Shown here piece by piece: positions 24,691 through 37,339 of a stretch of DNA of 64,000 bases (position 1 is its first letter; each line of letters opens with the position of its first letter). The stretch is from Camelus ferus (taxonomy: Eukaryota). The notes beneath the pieces were generated by a model, which was given only the letters and a program-made list of their open reading frames with translations, searched no databases and was not told where the DNA came from. A program made the translations under genes and the position numbers. The DNA is taken from NCBI RefSeq assembly GCF_009834535.1, contig NC_045696.1:52950001-53014000 (forward strand), given 5' to 3'.

Positions 24691-26529
24691 TACAGCCCTT
24701 ATTTTAAATACATTTAATTATTTATTTTTTTACTGTCACCCCTTCAGTTACAATAATGAGTACCATGGCTCCTCTGAAGCAATATTCATAGAGATGTTTT
24801 ACAGAATTAACAAAAAAGGAAGAATACAGTGAATATATGACTGATCAATGACAATACTTCTGAGAGGTGGAAAGATGAGACATTGAGAGAAGAGAAGCAG
24901 GACATTCTGAAAAACTGAGCGTGGAAGGATGGAGACAGAGTAGGACAAAAACCAGAGAAATAGGCAGAAAAAAAAAAGGATCAGGAGAATGAACAGAAAA
25001 TAATAAGACCATCCTAAAAAATTTATTTTTTCTTTTCCCCAGAAGCCTCTTTCTTCACCTTGGAATAGGTGTTTCATCTTTTGAAATGAGTTGGATAAAT
25101 AAGAAGAAAAGGTTGAAAAGTAATTTCAAGTCCACAGAGCAAACCCCAGGATAGATTGTTTTTCCTTCATAAGCCTTTCATCCATAAAACTTTAATGTCT
25201 CATGGCTTTGGCAACAATTATAGCAGTAATAATACTACTACTGCCTAGCTGGTGTCTTCCCCTTGGCAGTATGTGTGTACCAATCAGTTTGTCACAATAG
25301 TATTTCAAGTTCACACTCTAATTTGCATGAATCCATTTCTTAGTCTACAGAAGTAAGGGCTCTTTCATGCCCTTGGACCTCAGTGTATTTGGTGCCGTCT
25401 ATTTGGACATCTCTGTTAATGAGGTACTTTTAGGTCAGAACAAAGAAGTTTTTGCCTTAACGTATTATGTATATTTGAATATTTTAGCTATGCACTTAAA
25501 TGTATACATCACAGATATATGTAGACACTTCTCTGGGGTGTGAAATCTCAGATTGTTAGGGTGAGAGCACGACACTTCATATTTGTAAAAATTCTTTAAA
25601 AATAGAACATTTACCTATTATTTAAAAAGGTAATTCTGGCACTGCTGGTTAGCAGGTGGAGTGTAGCAGAGAATCCTTCCTTCTCAAAATTCTGTGATTT
25701 TTGTGTTGCCATGAGACCTATTAGCTGTATGTATTATCTGGTTTTTATAGCAATCACTGTACATTATAATTCATTTAATCCTTCTATTTAGTTTAATGAT
25801 GTTATAGGAGTTGAGGATGTGAGAGAGGAAGAAGGAGATAAAGTAATGGGAACAGCTCATTCAACCTCTCCAAGGCATACCAGGGCCAAAGGTATATTCA
25901 GATACTTCTGAGGCTTGAGGATTAATCCTAGGCAGCGTATATGTGCTGGAGGCAAAGCCGTGGAGCAGTGGACCTGGAGTCAGGAAAAGGGTGCCAAACA
26001 GGTTTCTTACTCTTCATTATAAAAGGTCAAAATGATGACTATACAATGTTGATGAGATGTACTATTATGATAAAATATGCCTGTTCCCTACCCCCACCAA
26101 ACAAAAATTTCACAAGAAACAGAGGTCAAAATCCAGTTGATTTTATAAACTAGGACAATGATCTGTTGAGACTGTAATGGTAGGGAAAACTATTGTTAGA
26201 ATTTCATGATAAAGCTCTTTAAAGTGGCTTTATCTAATCTTCAAAAGCCCTAAAGTGGAATACTTTCTCATTTGCTTTCATATTACTTGCTTTTATGTGA
26301 AAAATAGTTCTCATTTTTAATGTACTAATTGACTTAATAGTACTGAAGCTTTAAAATCATTCTGGACATCAAGTCTTGTTTTCCTAATTGTTACTATTTC
26401 ATTGCTAATGACCAACAATAATATGCTAGACATTATCTTCTTAGCACTTCCTAAAAGTTAATAAAAATATAAAGGTTCTCTACCCTTTTGATGACTCCCA
26501 ACACTTCATTGTCAAAGTCATTATCACCC

Positions 26530-26670
26530 TCTGGATTTCCTTTACATACTAGATATGAAGTGAACCAGTTAGAATATCTATCAGAAGGTAGGTTGCTTAA
26601 GGAAAAGACTCGTATTTTTCACATAGAAGGTGCTTAATAAATGGCTATTGAATGAAGGAATGGATGGATC
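26530..26670 (+). mobile_element. L2 LINE 3' terminus
   Basis: 'acatagaaggtgcttaataaatggctattgaatgaaggaatggatgga'. Confidence 0.7.
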
Positions 26671-27364
26671 ACTTATTTGTATAGGTTTAACAGGAATTTA
26701 GCTTTCTGAAAAATGGATTCTATGCTTACATTTTCCCTGATGATTTCAGTCTGAATTGTCTTGAAGTATTATTTGAGAAAGTATATTTTCTAGGGCTTTT
26801 GGTGGCAATATAACAATATAAATCCTACAAATTCTGTAGATCCATTAGATAAAGATGAAGAAAATAATTTTCAAGAACACAGATTTCATTAGGTTTAGGA
26901 AAGTATTGGAAGGATCCAAAGGGAGAAAAACTATTACTGCTGGCTATAATTGCAGACTTAGTTTCTCGTTCTATGAACAAATTGCATCCGTTCATAAAGA
27001 AGGATTTCAAGAGTTACTAGACACCAAATTGAAAACATACAGCATTTCCAAAGAAGAGCAGGGTAAAGGAAAGCCAAAAGCTGTTGGAACTAAATCAAAC
27101 TACTAAGAAGAAGTGCAAAAATAAATCACCTGATTCTAAAGGGAGAAAGTTGGAAAAATAAAGATATAAATGCCAAATTAATAGAAATGCTCACTAAAAA
27201 GGGTAAATTTTACTCTTTGTAAATTATACCTTGATAAACCAGACTAAGAAAAAAGCCTTTTTACAGTATCTAATGTCATTATTAAAAAATATCTCCCATT
27301 ACTATGGCTTCAGTAGAGTCATGGAACTCATTAGCAAAAAGGGTGATTCTAAAATTAAAGATAT

Positions 27365-27590
27365 TTGGATTAAGGTTAAGAATACTGACTTTGAAGTCAG
27401 ACAAATATGGAAAGCTGAGCTATGTTATGTTACTTTGGGCTAATTTTAAAAACTGATACAAACACTAGCTTATGTATTGGTAAAACTTAGAAAAGGGTAG
27501 ATATGTCATAGGATTACTGTGAGAATTTGGCATGATAATGTATATGACATACTTAACATATAGCTCCAAAAATTGTGAACTATATATTAC
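27365..27590 (+). mobile_element. MIR SINE
   Basis: 'ggttaagaatactgactttgaagtcagaca...tcataggattactgtgagaattt...ataatgtatatgacatacttaacata'. Confidence 0.75.
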
Positions 27591-27609
27591 TTTCTTCTAG
27601 GGCAATCAA

Positions 27610-28510
27610 CAAAGGCCTCACAGAGAAGAGTGTGTAGAAAGGATGTTACTGGCAAATTGAACAGAATGAACAACGGGATTGAGACAGACAGGAAAAACAC
27701 ATGTTGTAGTTTGAATGCAGTGCTGGATCTCTGAGAGGGAGAAATGGAAGAAACATCTAGAAATGTGGGGTATCACCAGATGGTGGATGGTGTTAAATGT
27801 TATTTTAAGGAGTTTGGATTTTATTCAATGGGTAATAAAAAGCAATTAAACATTTTGGAATAGTAGAACAACATGATTTAAATTGTATTTTATGAAGATT
27901 AATTTGGCAACAATCTATAAACAGATAAGAGATGAGAATGATTAGATATGGGAAGTTGGTCTAGGAAGTGAATACCACACAGAAATGACAATGAGGTCTT
28001 GAATTAGAATGGCGGTGGTGGTGATAGTAATAATGTAAAATGTATGGATTTGGGGGATGCTTTGTAGGTGGAACTGATAGGATTTGGACTTGGAAATAGC
28101 GGCTAGTAAAGGGCAAGGTAAAGAAATAAGTCAAAGCTGTTTTTTAGGTTTATAACCTGGGCATAGTGGAGTGGTCCTGAGCCATTAAAGAGATTTTATT
28201 AGAAGATTATTGGTTCTACTTAGGATACTTCGTGTTTGAGATACAAACATGAGAGACATCCAGGTGGTCTTTTTGGCTCATCTATTGTAAATACAGGTCT
28301 GGAATTAATGAAAAAGATTGTGATATAATTTTGGCATTTTTCTTATCTATAAAGATGATTGAAGCAGAGGATTGAGAATAGAGCCTTGGGAGATTATTGG
28401 CATTTAGAAAGCAAAAGGAGGAAGCCAATGACTTAGAGAAGAAAATGTTTTCTGAGAACCAACTTCAATAATCTATAAAAGCAGAAGCTTGATTAATGGA
28501 AATTCAAGAG
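27610..28510 (-). mobile_element. L2 LINE fragment
   Basis: 'ttaaggagtttggattttattc...acatgatttaaattgtattttatgaagattaatttggcaaca...gacatccaggtgg...aatacaggtctggaatt' is an antisense L2 body. Confidence 0.8.
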
Positions 28511-28929
28511 TGTGAGAGAGACAGGAGATGATGGTGTACAGATAGAGGACAGAGAAGACTTATTCAAGAGTAAACACTATCTTCTTGACTTCTGTACTTA
28601 TGTGCCCACCCAGTTATCCTCCTACTTTTCTAACCATAGAGACTTCTAACCACCAAACCACTGACCTTTTCTTGGTTACAGATAAGCTCTCAGTAACCAT
28701 CCTATTATTGACCTCTTGAAAGTCCTTAACTAATACCTTCTATATAAATAAAGCACAAATCTGTATTTCTAATCCTTGTCTTTCCCCCAAATTCTAGCCT
28801 TTCATTTCTAACCATCTTGCAAGTCATTTTCACATGCCTATCTACCTGACATTCAAACTCAGCATGTCCCAATAGTCCCCTCTATCCAAAGCAACTTCTA
28901 TTCTGGCTTCATTTCACCATTCTCTCAGG

Positions 28930-29380
28930 TAGGATGGTTAATTTTATGTGTCAACTTAACCGAGCCACCAGGTGCCAGACTTTTGGTCAAACATTATCCT
29001 GAGTGTGCCTGTAAGGATGTTTCTGGATAAGACCCATTTGAGTTGGTAGACTCAGTAAGGCAGATGTCCTCCCTAATGTTGATGTGCCTCATTTAATTAA
29101 CAGAAGAGCTATACAGAACAAAAAGGTGAAGTAAGAGGAAACTTGGCCTCTTCTCTTTTCCTTGGAGTGAAATTTACACCATTGGCTTTCCTTGTTGTCA
29201 GGCCTTGGGACTCAGCCTAGAACTACATTACTGGTTCTCCTTGGCCTCCAGCTTACGAACTGCAGATCTTAGGACTTCTCAGCCAATTCCTTATATAAAT
29301 ATATAAATATATAAATATATAAATATATAAATATATAATAGTTCCTTGGTTCTGTTTTTCTGGAATCCTAACTAATATAC
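28930..29380 (+). mobile_element. MLT2 (ERVL) solo LTR
   Basis: 'gatggttaattttatgtgtcaactt...ccagacttttggtcaaacattatcctgagtgtgcctgtaaggatgtttctgga...ttggttctgtttttctgga atcctaactaatatac'. Confidence 0.9.
29293..29340. repeat. (ATATAAAT)5 tandem repeat inside MLT2
   Basis: Five perfect 8-mers at 29293-29332 plus one variant copy. Confidence 0.95.
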
Positions 29381-30029
29381 CAAATCACTACTGTTTGAAA
29401 TCTTTCAAGGAACTTTGATTTTCTCTTCTCTTTCATGTTAATCATTGCTAAGTTTTTCAGCTTCTGTCATCATTCTTAACACTCTTCTCCATTTCCTTTG
29501 ATATCACTCCAGGGGGCAATTGAAGTCTTCTTCAAATTGCATTCCTGTTTCTCCTCATTTCAATCTGTTCTACATGTGGCTGCCAGATTAGTCCATCCAA
29601 AGAAAATTTTGATCATGTCAAAAATTTTCAGTGGCTTCTCACTCTCTACTTAATTAAATGCAAATTTATTAGCCTTTCAATAAACATTCTCCATAAAATA
29701 GCCCCAGTCTGTAAGAGGGAAAAAAAATTCCCTATTTAGATTCAAAACAATTAAGTACACAAGAAAAAGATAAGGGGAGATGGCAAGGAGAAAGGGGTAT
29801 AAGGAAGAAACTAGTTTAGCAGCCATAAAACCAAGTCAACTTATTTTATTGGAGGCATACTATATATGTGATGAAAAACTCGATCCGATCAAAAGTGGCT
29901 AAGCAGAAACAACAAACAAGAAAGGGACTTCCATTTGAACAAAAAGATTTCAGAAGATACTAGAAAAAGATGGTCTCTCAGGGATGGATAATACAGTATT
30001 ATTTTATCTTGTTTGATCAGGATTCATAG

Positions 30030-30540
30030 TGAATATGTCATTCAGGGCTTGGTATTATCCTGTAAAATGGATATAGAAAAAATGGAGAACATTCTTAGAA
30101 GAGTGAGCGTAATGTTGAATAAAGGAAATGAACTTTATGTTATTAAAGTCCATGTTACATATCATGTTATATGAGATATTGCTGAAGGAACTGGTGATAT
30201 TTTACGTGAAAATGAGATTTAGAGGGACTGAGATATCTTTTAAATATATAAAGAATAATCAAGAAGAAAGAAAATTTAACTTGTATAATATGACCCAGAT
30301 GAGCATATTAGGACCAGTGGGTGAAAAGAAGACAGATTTATACTCAATGCAGAAAGAAGTTTCTCATAGTCAGTGCTGCTAAAGGTGCATTGGGTTGCTC
30401 CAGGAAAGAGTGTGTTCTGTCATCAAAGGTTTTAAATTTATTCTGAGAAGAATATTACAGGGTTAATTCAAACATCAATAAAAGAGTGTTGAATCCCATG
30501 ACCTCTAAGGTGTCTTCCAAACCATGGCATCTAAGATTCC
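30030..30540 (+). mobile_element. L3/CR1 LINE 3' fragment
   Basis: 'ggatatagaaaaaatggagaacattcttagaagagtgag...gctgaaggaactggtgatattt...atgacctctaaggtgtcttccaaaccatggcatctaagattc' resembles the CR1/L3 3' end. Confidence 0.75.
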
Positions 30541-30989
30541 ATCTTTCTAAAGCAGATTCAGCATAATCCCTTTAAATTTACCATAGGTTCCTGCCAGACA
30601 TGGTTACTCAGAATCTCTTGTGTTTATTACCTTCCCAACTCAATTCCTTTGCTCAGGTTTTGTCCTTTTCCTGAAATGATCCTTGGCTGATATACTTCAC
30701 CAGCTTGAATTGTACCTAGATTATTATTCCTTATTGAATGTCTCCCAACTTAAATATCTTCTTCTTTTTGTCCACACTACTAGGTATAATGTTTTTAAAT
30801 GAAAGAGTGGGAATGAACATAACAGAACATTGAAGAATCTTTATCTCATTTCCTCCCTCTCTCTTTCTTTCTTTCTTTTTCTTCCCTTCTGTTTTTTTCT
30901 TTCTTTCAAGGTTAAATATAAATACTTGAATGGGCCAAGTTCCAGTGGTTCCAGTTATGAAGAAAGGAAAGAAGGCCAAACCAAAATAG

Positions 30990-31115
30990 AAAGAAGACAT
31001 CATTTTTATAGCCTTGAGGATCTGAATAACTTAAATTCACTTCACGTTATTAATAAATTGGTGGATGTTATGACAGATGCAAGAGCTATCATTTTTGAGT
31101 AGTCATGGAAGGTGA
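30990..31115 (+). mobile_element. L3/CR1 ORF2 fragment
   Basis: 'aaattggtggatgttatgacagatgcaagagctatcatttttgagtagtcatgga' resembles CR1 'ELADVIAEPL.IIFE.SW'. Confidence 0.5.
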
Positions 31116-34100
31116 AATCCCCAAGGACACAGCTATTGGAGGGGATTTGAAAGGGCACAGTCTCCCGCCTTAAGGCAAGGAAGTTACAGCCGATCCCTCC
31201 TTATGGCTGAGGAAAAGCTATACCCCCTGTAAAAGGGAAAGGTAAAGGCCAACTTTGGAAATATGCAGATCTTTTTAACATTGGTTCCCAGTAGGAATAT
31301 GATGGATTGAAATAGTACTTTATTTAACATATACAGATGTTTTTATGTACAACTTGTCATCTGATGATCACAACAATGAGGTAAGCAGACAGTCTAATCC
31401 TTATTTGCAGATAAGGAAATTATCAGGACCTTTAACATCCAGTAATATCCTCCTCCAAATAAAAAATTATTCACCAGTAATTTGCAATGAATTTTTGAAA
31501 AACTCTGGCACCAAGCAATAAATTTTCTTCTTTCCTGATAGTGGTAAATTACAAGGAGAAAATAAGCTTGGAAATGTGGTGTTATTATTAATAGTATTCT
31601 TATTAAGTAAACAAACTCTGTCTTTTGAAGATCTCAACTAACAAGGTAACAAACAAGCAAATCTCATCCCATTTCACAGATGGGAAAATGAAAAGGAGTC
31701 TGTAAATTTTTTTTAAAAAGGTGGTTAGGAAGAAAAAAGAAGAAGAAAAGAAATAAAAAAGAAAAGAAAAGAAATAGGGCTTAGCAGTGGATTGCTGATG
31801 GAGGCTTGGTTTTTAAGGAGGAAGGGCCTGTTGAAAGACTGAGTACTACCATAAAACAAGTAGAATTATTATGATGCCAAGGTTTGCTTTTGCAATTAGG
31901 AAGAAACTAGTAGTTGCCAAATTTAATTGAAAGCAAAAGAGATAACTAAGGAGATAAAGTCCACTGTTTTGAGAAACCTGGCTGCAAAGAAGAAATTTGT
32001 TTATTGGTAGAAAAAGCAACATTGTAAAACAGAAAAAAAAAATCAATAAAACTGAGTCATGCATTTAAGGCAGAAAGCTAAGAAAGAATAGAGAGATACT
32101 AAAAAGACAAAAGAAGATCAATACTAGAGGGTTAAAGAAGTCGAATATTTAGAAGATAGGAAAAAGAACACAAAGATGGAGAAGGAGGAAAGACAAGACT
32201 AGGCAGCGGGTCTTACTGGAGCTCTTGCATCAGTCTTAGGACACTGTTTAGCTTGTACCTGTTTAGGCTGTACTAGTATTTGCTTTAGGATGGACAGTTT
32301 GAAGAGAAGAAAGGGGAGGATGAAAATGCTGATTAAGGAATCAAGCTTATGTGGCAGAAGGAAATGAGAAGAAGCCAAGAATACTGTGGGATTTGCAAGC
32401 TTGAAAACAATGGGAAATTCTTGTCATATCTATTATGGAATGTATATGAGATACTTTGAAAGAGTTAGATACAAGTATTTCCTAGCAGCAGCAGCAGCAA
32501 GGATTCAGTTGATATAAAACAGTACGGCTTTGATGGTTCTATGATTTTCTTTAGAAGAACCTTTGTGCCCAGGAATATAAACAGAAATTAGATAGTGGCT
32601 ATTATCCTGATCAGAGGTTTAGAACATAGTTTCCTGATATAACCTTGGAATGAGCTTCCAAGGGAGACTAACAAATCTCCCTTCCCTAAAATCTCCAAGA
32701 ACAGAATAAACAATGAAGTTCCTTGGAGTACTGTGATTCCATGAATAATAATTTTGATCACCATCCATCAGATTTCTCTCCTCTATACAGATAAAGAAAG
32801 GACAGAGATCATTCCTTCTAATCATGGTGTATTTTCCATTAGTCCAAATATTAATCATGCAACAGCTATTTAGTAAATATTTGCTAAATAGTTCTAAGGC
32901 TTTGGAGTGACTGAAGCACATTTAATGAAGCTTATGGTTTTTCTGCTTAAAAATACCTTTTCATCACTAGCATATTTGTTTCACTATTTCCTTGCATATT
33001 CTACTAAGCTAAATGCATATACTCTTTGGCCCTAAAACCAATGTATATTTCCATTTCAGTAAGACATGGTACCTGTAATTCAATGCACCTCTATTTTAAG
33101 TTAAGCTTGTCATATAAAATACATAAGAATCCCTGTTAGATGCAGGTTTTATTATAGACTTGGGAGAGGTTTTGATATTTTAAAAAATTCTCTTCAATAT
33201 TCAGATTATTAATCCTTTGCCCATTCATTTCCCCCTTAAAAAATTATCACTTCATTTAAACTGTAAATTTGTTATCATTTAGTTTTATAATAATACCAAA
33301 AAAAGTAGATTGTAGTTTTTTTTCCTCCTACTGAATTGAGCTGTTGAAATCTTCTCTTATAATTTGGAAATTTTCCACATTTCTTAGAACTTCTGAGTAG
33401 ATACAGTTTTACAATTCCTCAATTTTTTTCCATGTAAAAGAAAAATAAGCCTTACAGTGATCCTCAGTTCGGAGTTTTTTTATTCAAGGGTAGAAAAAGA
33501 TAGTCTTAATTTTCACTTTGAGACTACAGATGGAAGGAAACGTTTTCATAATAATTTTCCACACATATTCCATTCAATCCTGATTTTGTAAAAAACATAA
33601 TGGAAAATATTAGAATACATTAAGGTGGCCGACACATTTTGGAACTCTTAGATAGCCTGAATAATTATTGAGACCTTTGGGTTATTATATGTACCAAGCC
33701 TTCTGAGGTTCATCCACCTCTATTTTTCATCTAAAGGAGACGTTGGTCCTTGTGACTTCAGAAAGGACAAGTCCCAAAGTCCCAGTTGTGTTTCCCTTTT
33801 ATCCCCTAATCTGAGTCATCTCACTCACTTCCTAAGGCCACGTATCTCTTGCTGTTCTCTGTTGCATGAAGTGGCCTTTATGATTCAAAAAATTTAAAGG
33901 TCATTTTCCTTTCTTTGAAACCTCACAAGATTTTGTTACTTATAGTGTCAGTTTCAGTAAAAGAAAACAGAGAGGTGAATTGTTATTTTACTGGTGACAA
34001 CCAGAGCTTTGAGAAGTACCTCTGGGAGCTGTTTTCAATCCTGGGTCACAATGCCAGTGTCCCAGGCTGAGTTCCTTTCCCTTTTAACCATAAACTATAA

Positions 34101-35784
34101 CCCAACAATGGCATGGTATTTCCTGGTGTGAAATGAGAGTTGTTCCATAAGAAACTGCTTCATCGTAGAAAACATTTATAAAGAAGAAAGGAAGTGAGCT
34201 CACTGAACAAGCAGTGAAAATTAGGACAGGGCTAAATGACTTTGCCCTCCAAAGCTGAGTTTTTAGAAAGACTCTGGGAAATTAACATCCATTACAGATT
34301 TATAGAAAGAGTCTTTCTAAAAGATAAGTCATTAGATATTTACCTAAAGTGGAGCCTTCTGTGCTAAACAGAAAGCAACAGGTATTATGTTATAAATTCC
34401 CTTTTATTTGTTTGTTTTGGACTTCTTTTCTACTGTTGATAGTAAGATCTTATTTAAAAAAATTGTATCTTTTCTAAAGCTGCAAAATGCATTTTCCAAG
34501 CCTGTTAACCCCATAGCTCTGTAAAACTGCACTCTGATCCATTATTTTATATTCAAACCTGAATGCTGCCTTTCATCCATTTTCTAACATCATCTGGTTA
34601 CTAATCACATGACATGAATACTGACTGGACGACATGTGTTTGCCATGAATTCTGATTGGCTAGTTGCTCAGAAGTATTACGGTCACTTGCTGAATTGTTT
34701 TTGTCCTTTAGTCAATATTGTCGCATGTTCTCTTGCAGACGTGATTTCTGAGAACATTATTTAACAACAACAACGACAACAAATCCACACATCAGAATTC
34801 TAACCAAGAGCCCTTGCTTCCTCCCAGCCTCCAAGGCAGAACTTCAGCTATGGAAATTGCATTATTCTTTTTATGGCACTTTTCTAGTGCCATAGGCAGT
34901 CACACAAGAAAACTTTCACATAGATATCTAAAGAAGCACAACCTTTGTGTGACTGCGTGTCTAATGGTACAGATGTCACTAATGATGGAAAAGTGTAAAT
35001 TGGAGGTCCAAAGTGTACTCATTTCAATCACTTTTATGTTCTCAGTGAAGTGTTTGTTCTTTAGAAAAGAAAGGCAATTTGGAAACATCAATGCCTTCAC
35101 ATTTTATTCCTCTTTGAAGGAGAAAGGATCTGGAGAATAAAACTTCCTCATTACTATCAATGTATTCTGCAGATAGGGAAGAGATAGAGTTGAGACATTC
35201 TACAGCTTTCATCAACTGCTATTAGTGAACGAAAGTCAGTTAACACCTTTATGCAACTGGTGGCTGTGCACAAAGGGTGAACTGTGTATAAAGAAGAAAA
35301 CATTTACAGACAGAAAGGCAGGGATGGAGGCAACTGCGGGAAGTGCAGAGGGTATGACTCCTGTTCAGGAGACACATTTGCCAAGTTCTCTAACTTCATA
35401 TTTTAGGAACTGAGCTCCCAGATCATCTGGTTGCCTACTGCGAGCTCACACTGATTCTGCACTTTGTCTCATAAGAGAGAGATTCTTTATCTAAGTATTT
35501 ATTTATTTTAAATAGAAGGGGGACAAGTCCTCCAAATTACCCATGATTCTTCTTACAGAAGTTAAGGAAACAACTGAGGAGTGAGATTCCCGGAGGCTCT
35601 CTCGATGTCTCAAATTCCCATTTTTCGATACTCTTTAGTTTCTCAGGTCTTCAACCCCTTCCTATGTTCAGTTTTCCCCTTTATTGTTCGCCTCTTTGCT
35701 CTTCTTTCCCTCTCTGAGCCTCCATCCCCCATCCTTCCAGCCTCTCCAACTACCAGCAATGCTGATTGTATTTCTCCTCTTTCT

Positions 35785-35960
35785 CTTTTTATCTTCCTCA
35801 CAGTCTCAGCCCGGGCTTTTCAGGTACCTGAGATTTTTTATTTTTAACTGCTTCCTCCTTTTCTGTTTATCTGCCTGTCACTGTCTTCGCTTGTCTCAGC
35901 CTCCTCCTGTGGGTGAATCGTTATCTCGTTATCTCGTTTCTCTATCTTAGCCAATCATTG
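35785..35960. promoter_or_regulatory. Candidate GATA/ETS/CCAAT regulatory cluster
   Basis: TTATCT at 35789, 35867, 35921 and 35929; CTATCT at 35942; CTTCCT at 35793 and 35851; CTGTCA at 35875; AGCCAATC at 35949. Confidence 0.35.
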
Positions 35961-36359
35961 CCCATGGAGGTATTTTTCTCTTTTTAAATACAGTCTAAGG
36001 CAAAGTATGATGAGTTTGTCAGAGAGGTCATTTGAGATTCTATTTTAAAAAGAAGCTATAGAAAACAAAACTTTTAAATATCCTTTTCTTTTTGCCCCTG
36101 CCAAAACCAAAATATAACAAAAAAACAAAGCCCCAACTAAAATTTTGGCTTTCTGAGACACAGAGAGGAAAACAGAGGTAGATCATTTCGATCATTATAT
36201 AAGGGTCCCAACATCTAAGGTGACGTTTAGCAGTATAAAGTAAGTAATAGCTAAATCACAAAATACAATCTGTTTTTAGGTTTTGTGCTCTTCAGTGTTA
36301 AGATTTCTGATGATTATGCACTGAGTCAACATGTATTCACAGAGAGGACTGCCTATAAG

Positions 36360-37135
36360 CAGGGCTTTCCAGGAGAAGTAGTTAACATTTAGTCAGAGAA
36401 AGGGCAATGCAGAGGGAAGGGCAGAGCACGTGAGAGGATGGTATCTTCCAGGGACTGCCAATTATTTGCGGCCTGCCTGGAGAAGGAGGACAGGCAAGAG
36501 ACATGTCTCTAAACAGGGCAGAACAACAGAGTGTACTCTGTGTCAACAGAAAGGTAATTATGCTAACATGAAGGGTATGAGAAACTACTAACGGTGCTTA
36601 AAAACAGAATGGCACATGGCTAATTCATGCTGGAGAACAATCATTTCATAGCTGTGGAGAGAAGGAACTGGAGGCAGGGAAACCAGATAGGAGGCTCTTG
36701 AGGTAACCTACACAAGACATCATAAGAAATTGGGGGGAATAGTAGAGAAATAAGAACAGTTCAAGAGATACATATCACAAGCTTAGTGACAAGTTGAGTA
36801 TAAGGAGTAAGAAAATAGGAAGAGTCTGGGATGACAACTCAAGCTTCTGTCTTGGGCAAACTGTGGTGCCGCTCACAAAGAAAGAACATGCAAGAATAAA
36901 AATGGGTATGGAGGGAAAATGTGATGAATGCAATTTTATACATATCAAGTTCAAGCTTATTTTCAAGCTTATTCATGATTTGAATGGAGATTTTTTTAAT
37001 CAAAGAGTTAGCCATATGACCTAAAAACTCAGGGTAGGGGTCTGGACTAGAGTTCAGTTTTTGGAAGGCATAGAACATAAATGGAGATGTAAATAAATTG
37101 ATTTACCCAGAGAGAACAGGTACAATTAGAAGAAT
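36360..37135 (-). mobile_element. L2 LINE fragment
   Basis: 'ctggaggcagggaaaccagataggaggct...gtctgggatgacaactcaagcttctgtcttgggcaaactg...aactcagggtaggggtctggactagag'. Confidence 0.8.
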
Positions 37136-37339
37136 AAGCCTTATTCATTCATTTTACAAGCACTTATTGAAGGTCTACTAACAGTACAAGATTAGGAAGC
37201 TTAGCTTTATGGTAACGATAGAAAGAAGAAGAAGAAAAAATAATCCTTGTCATTGTATTCATATTCACTTCTATATTCAATAAATATTTATTATATGACT
37301 ACTACTAGGAATTCAACTGCTTCTTGATCCCAAATAGGA

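Larger units (their letters stand above)
28570..29710 (+). mobile_element. L2 LINE fragment split by an MLT2 LTR
   Basis: 'cacaaatctgtatttctaatcct...tcaaactcagcatgtccca' before the LTR and 'ttctacatgtggctgccagattagtc...gatcatgtca...ttcagtggcttctcact' after it. Confidence 0.75.
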
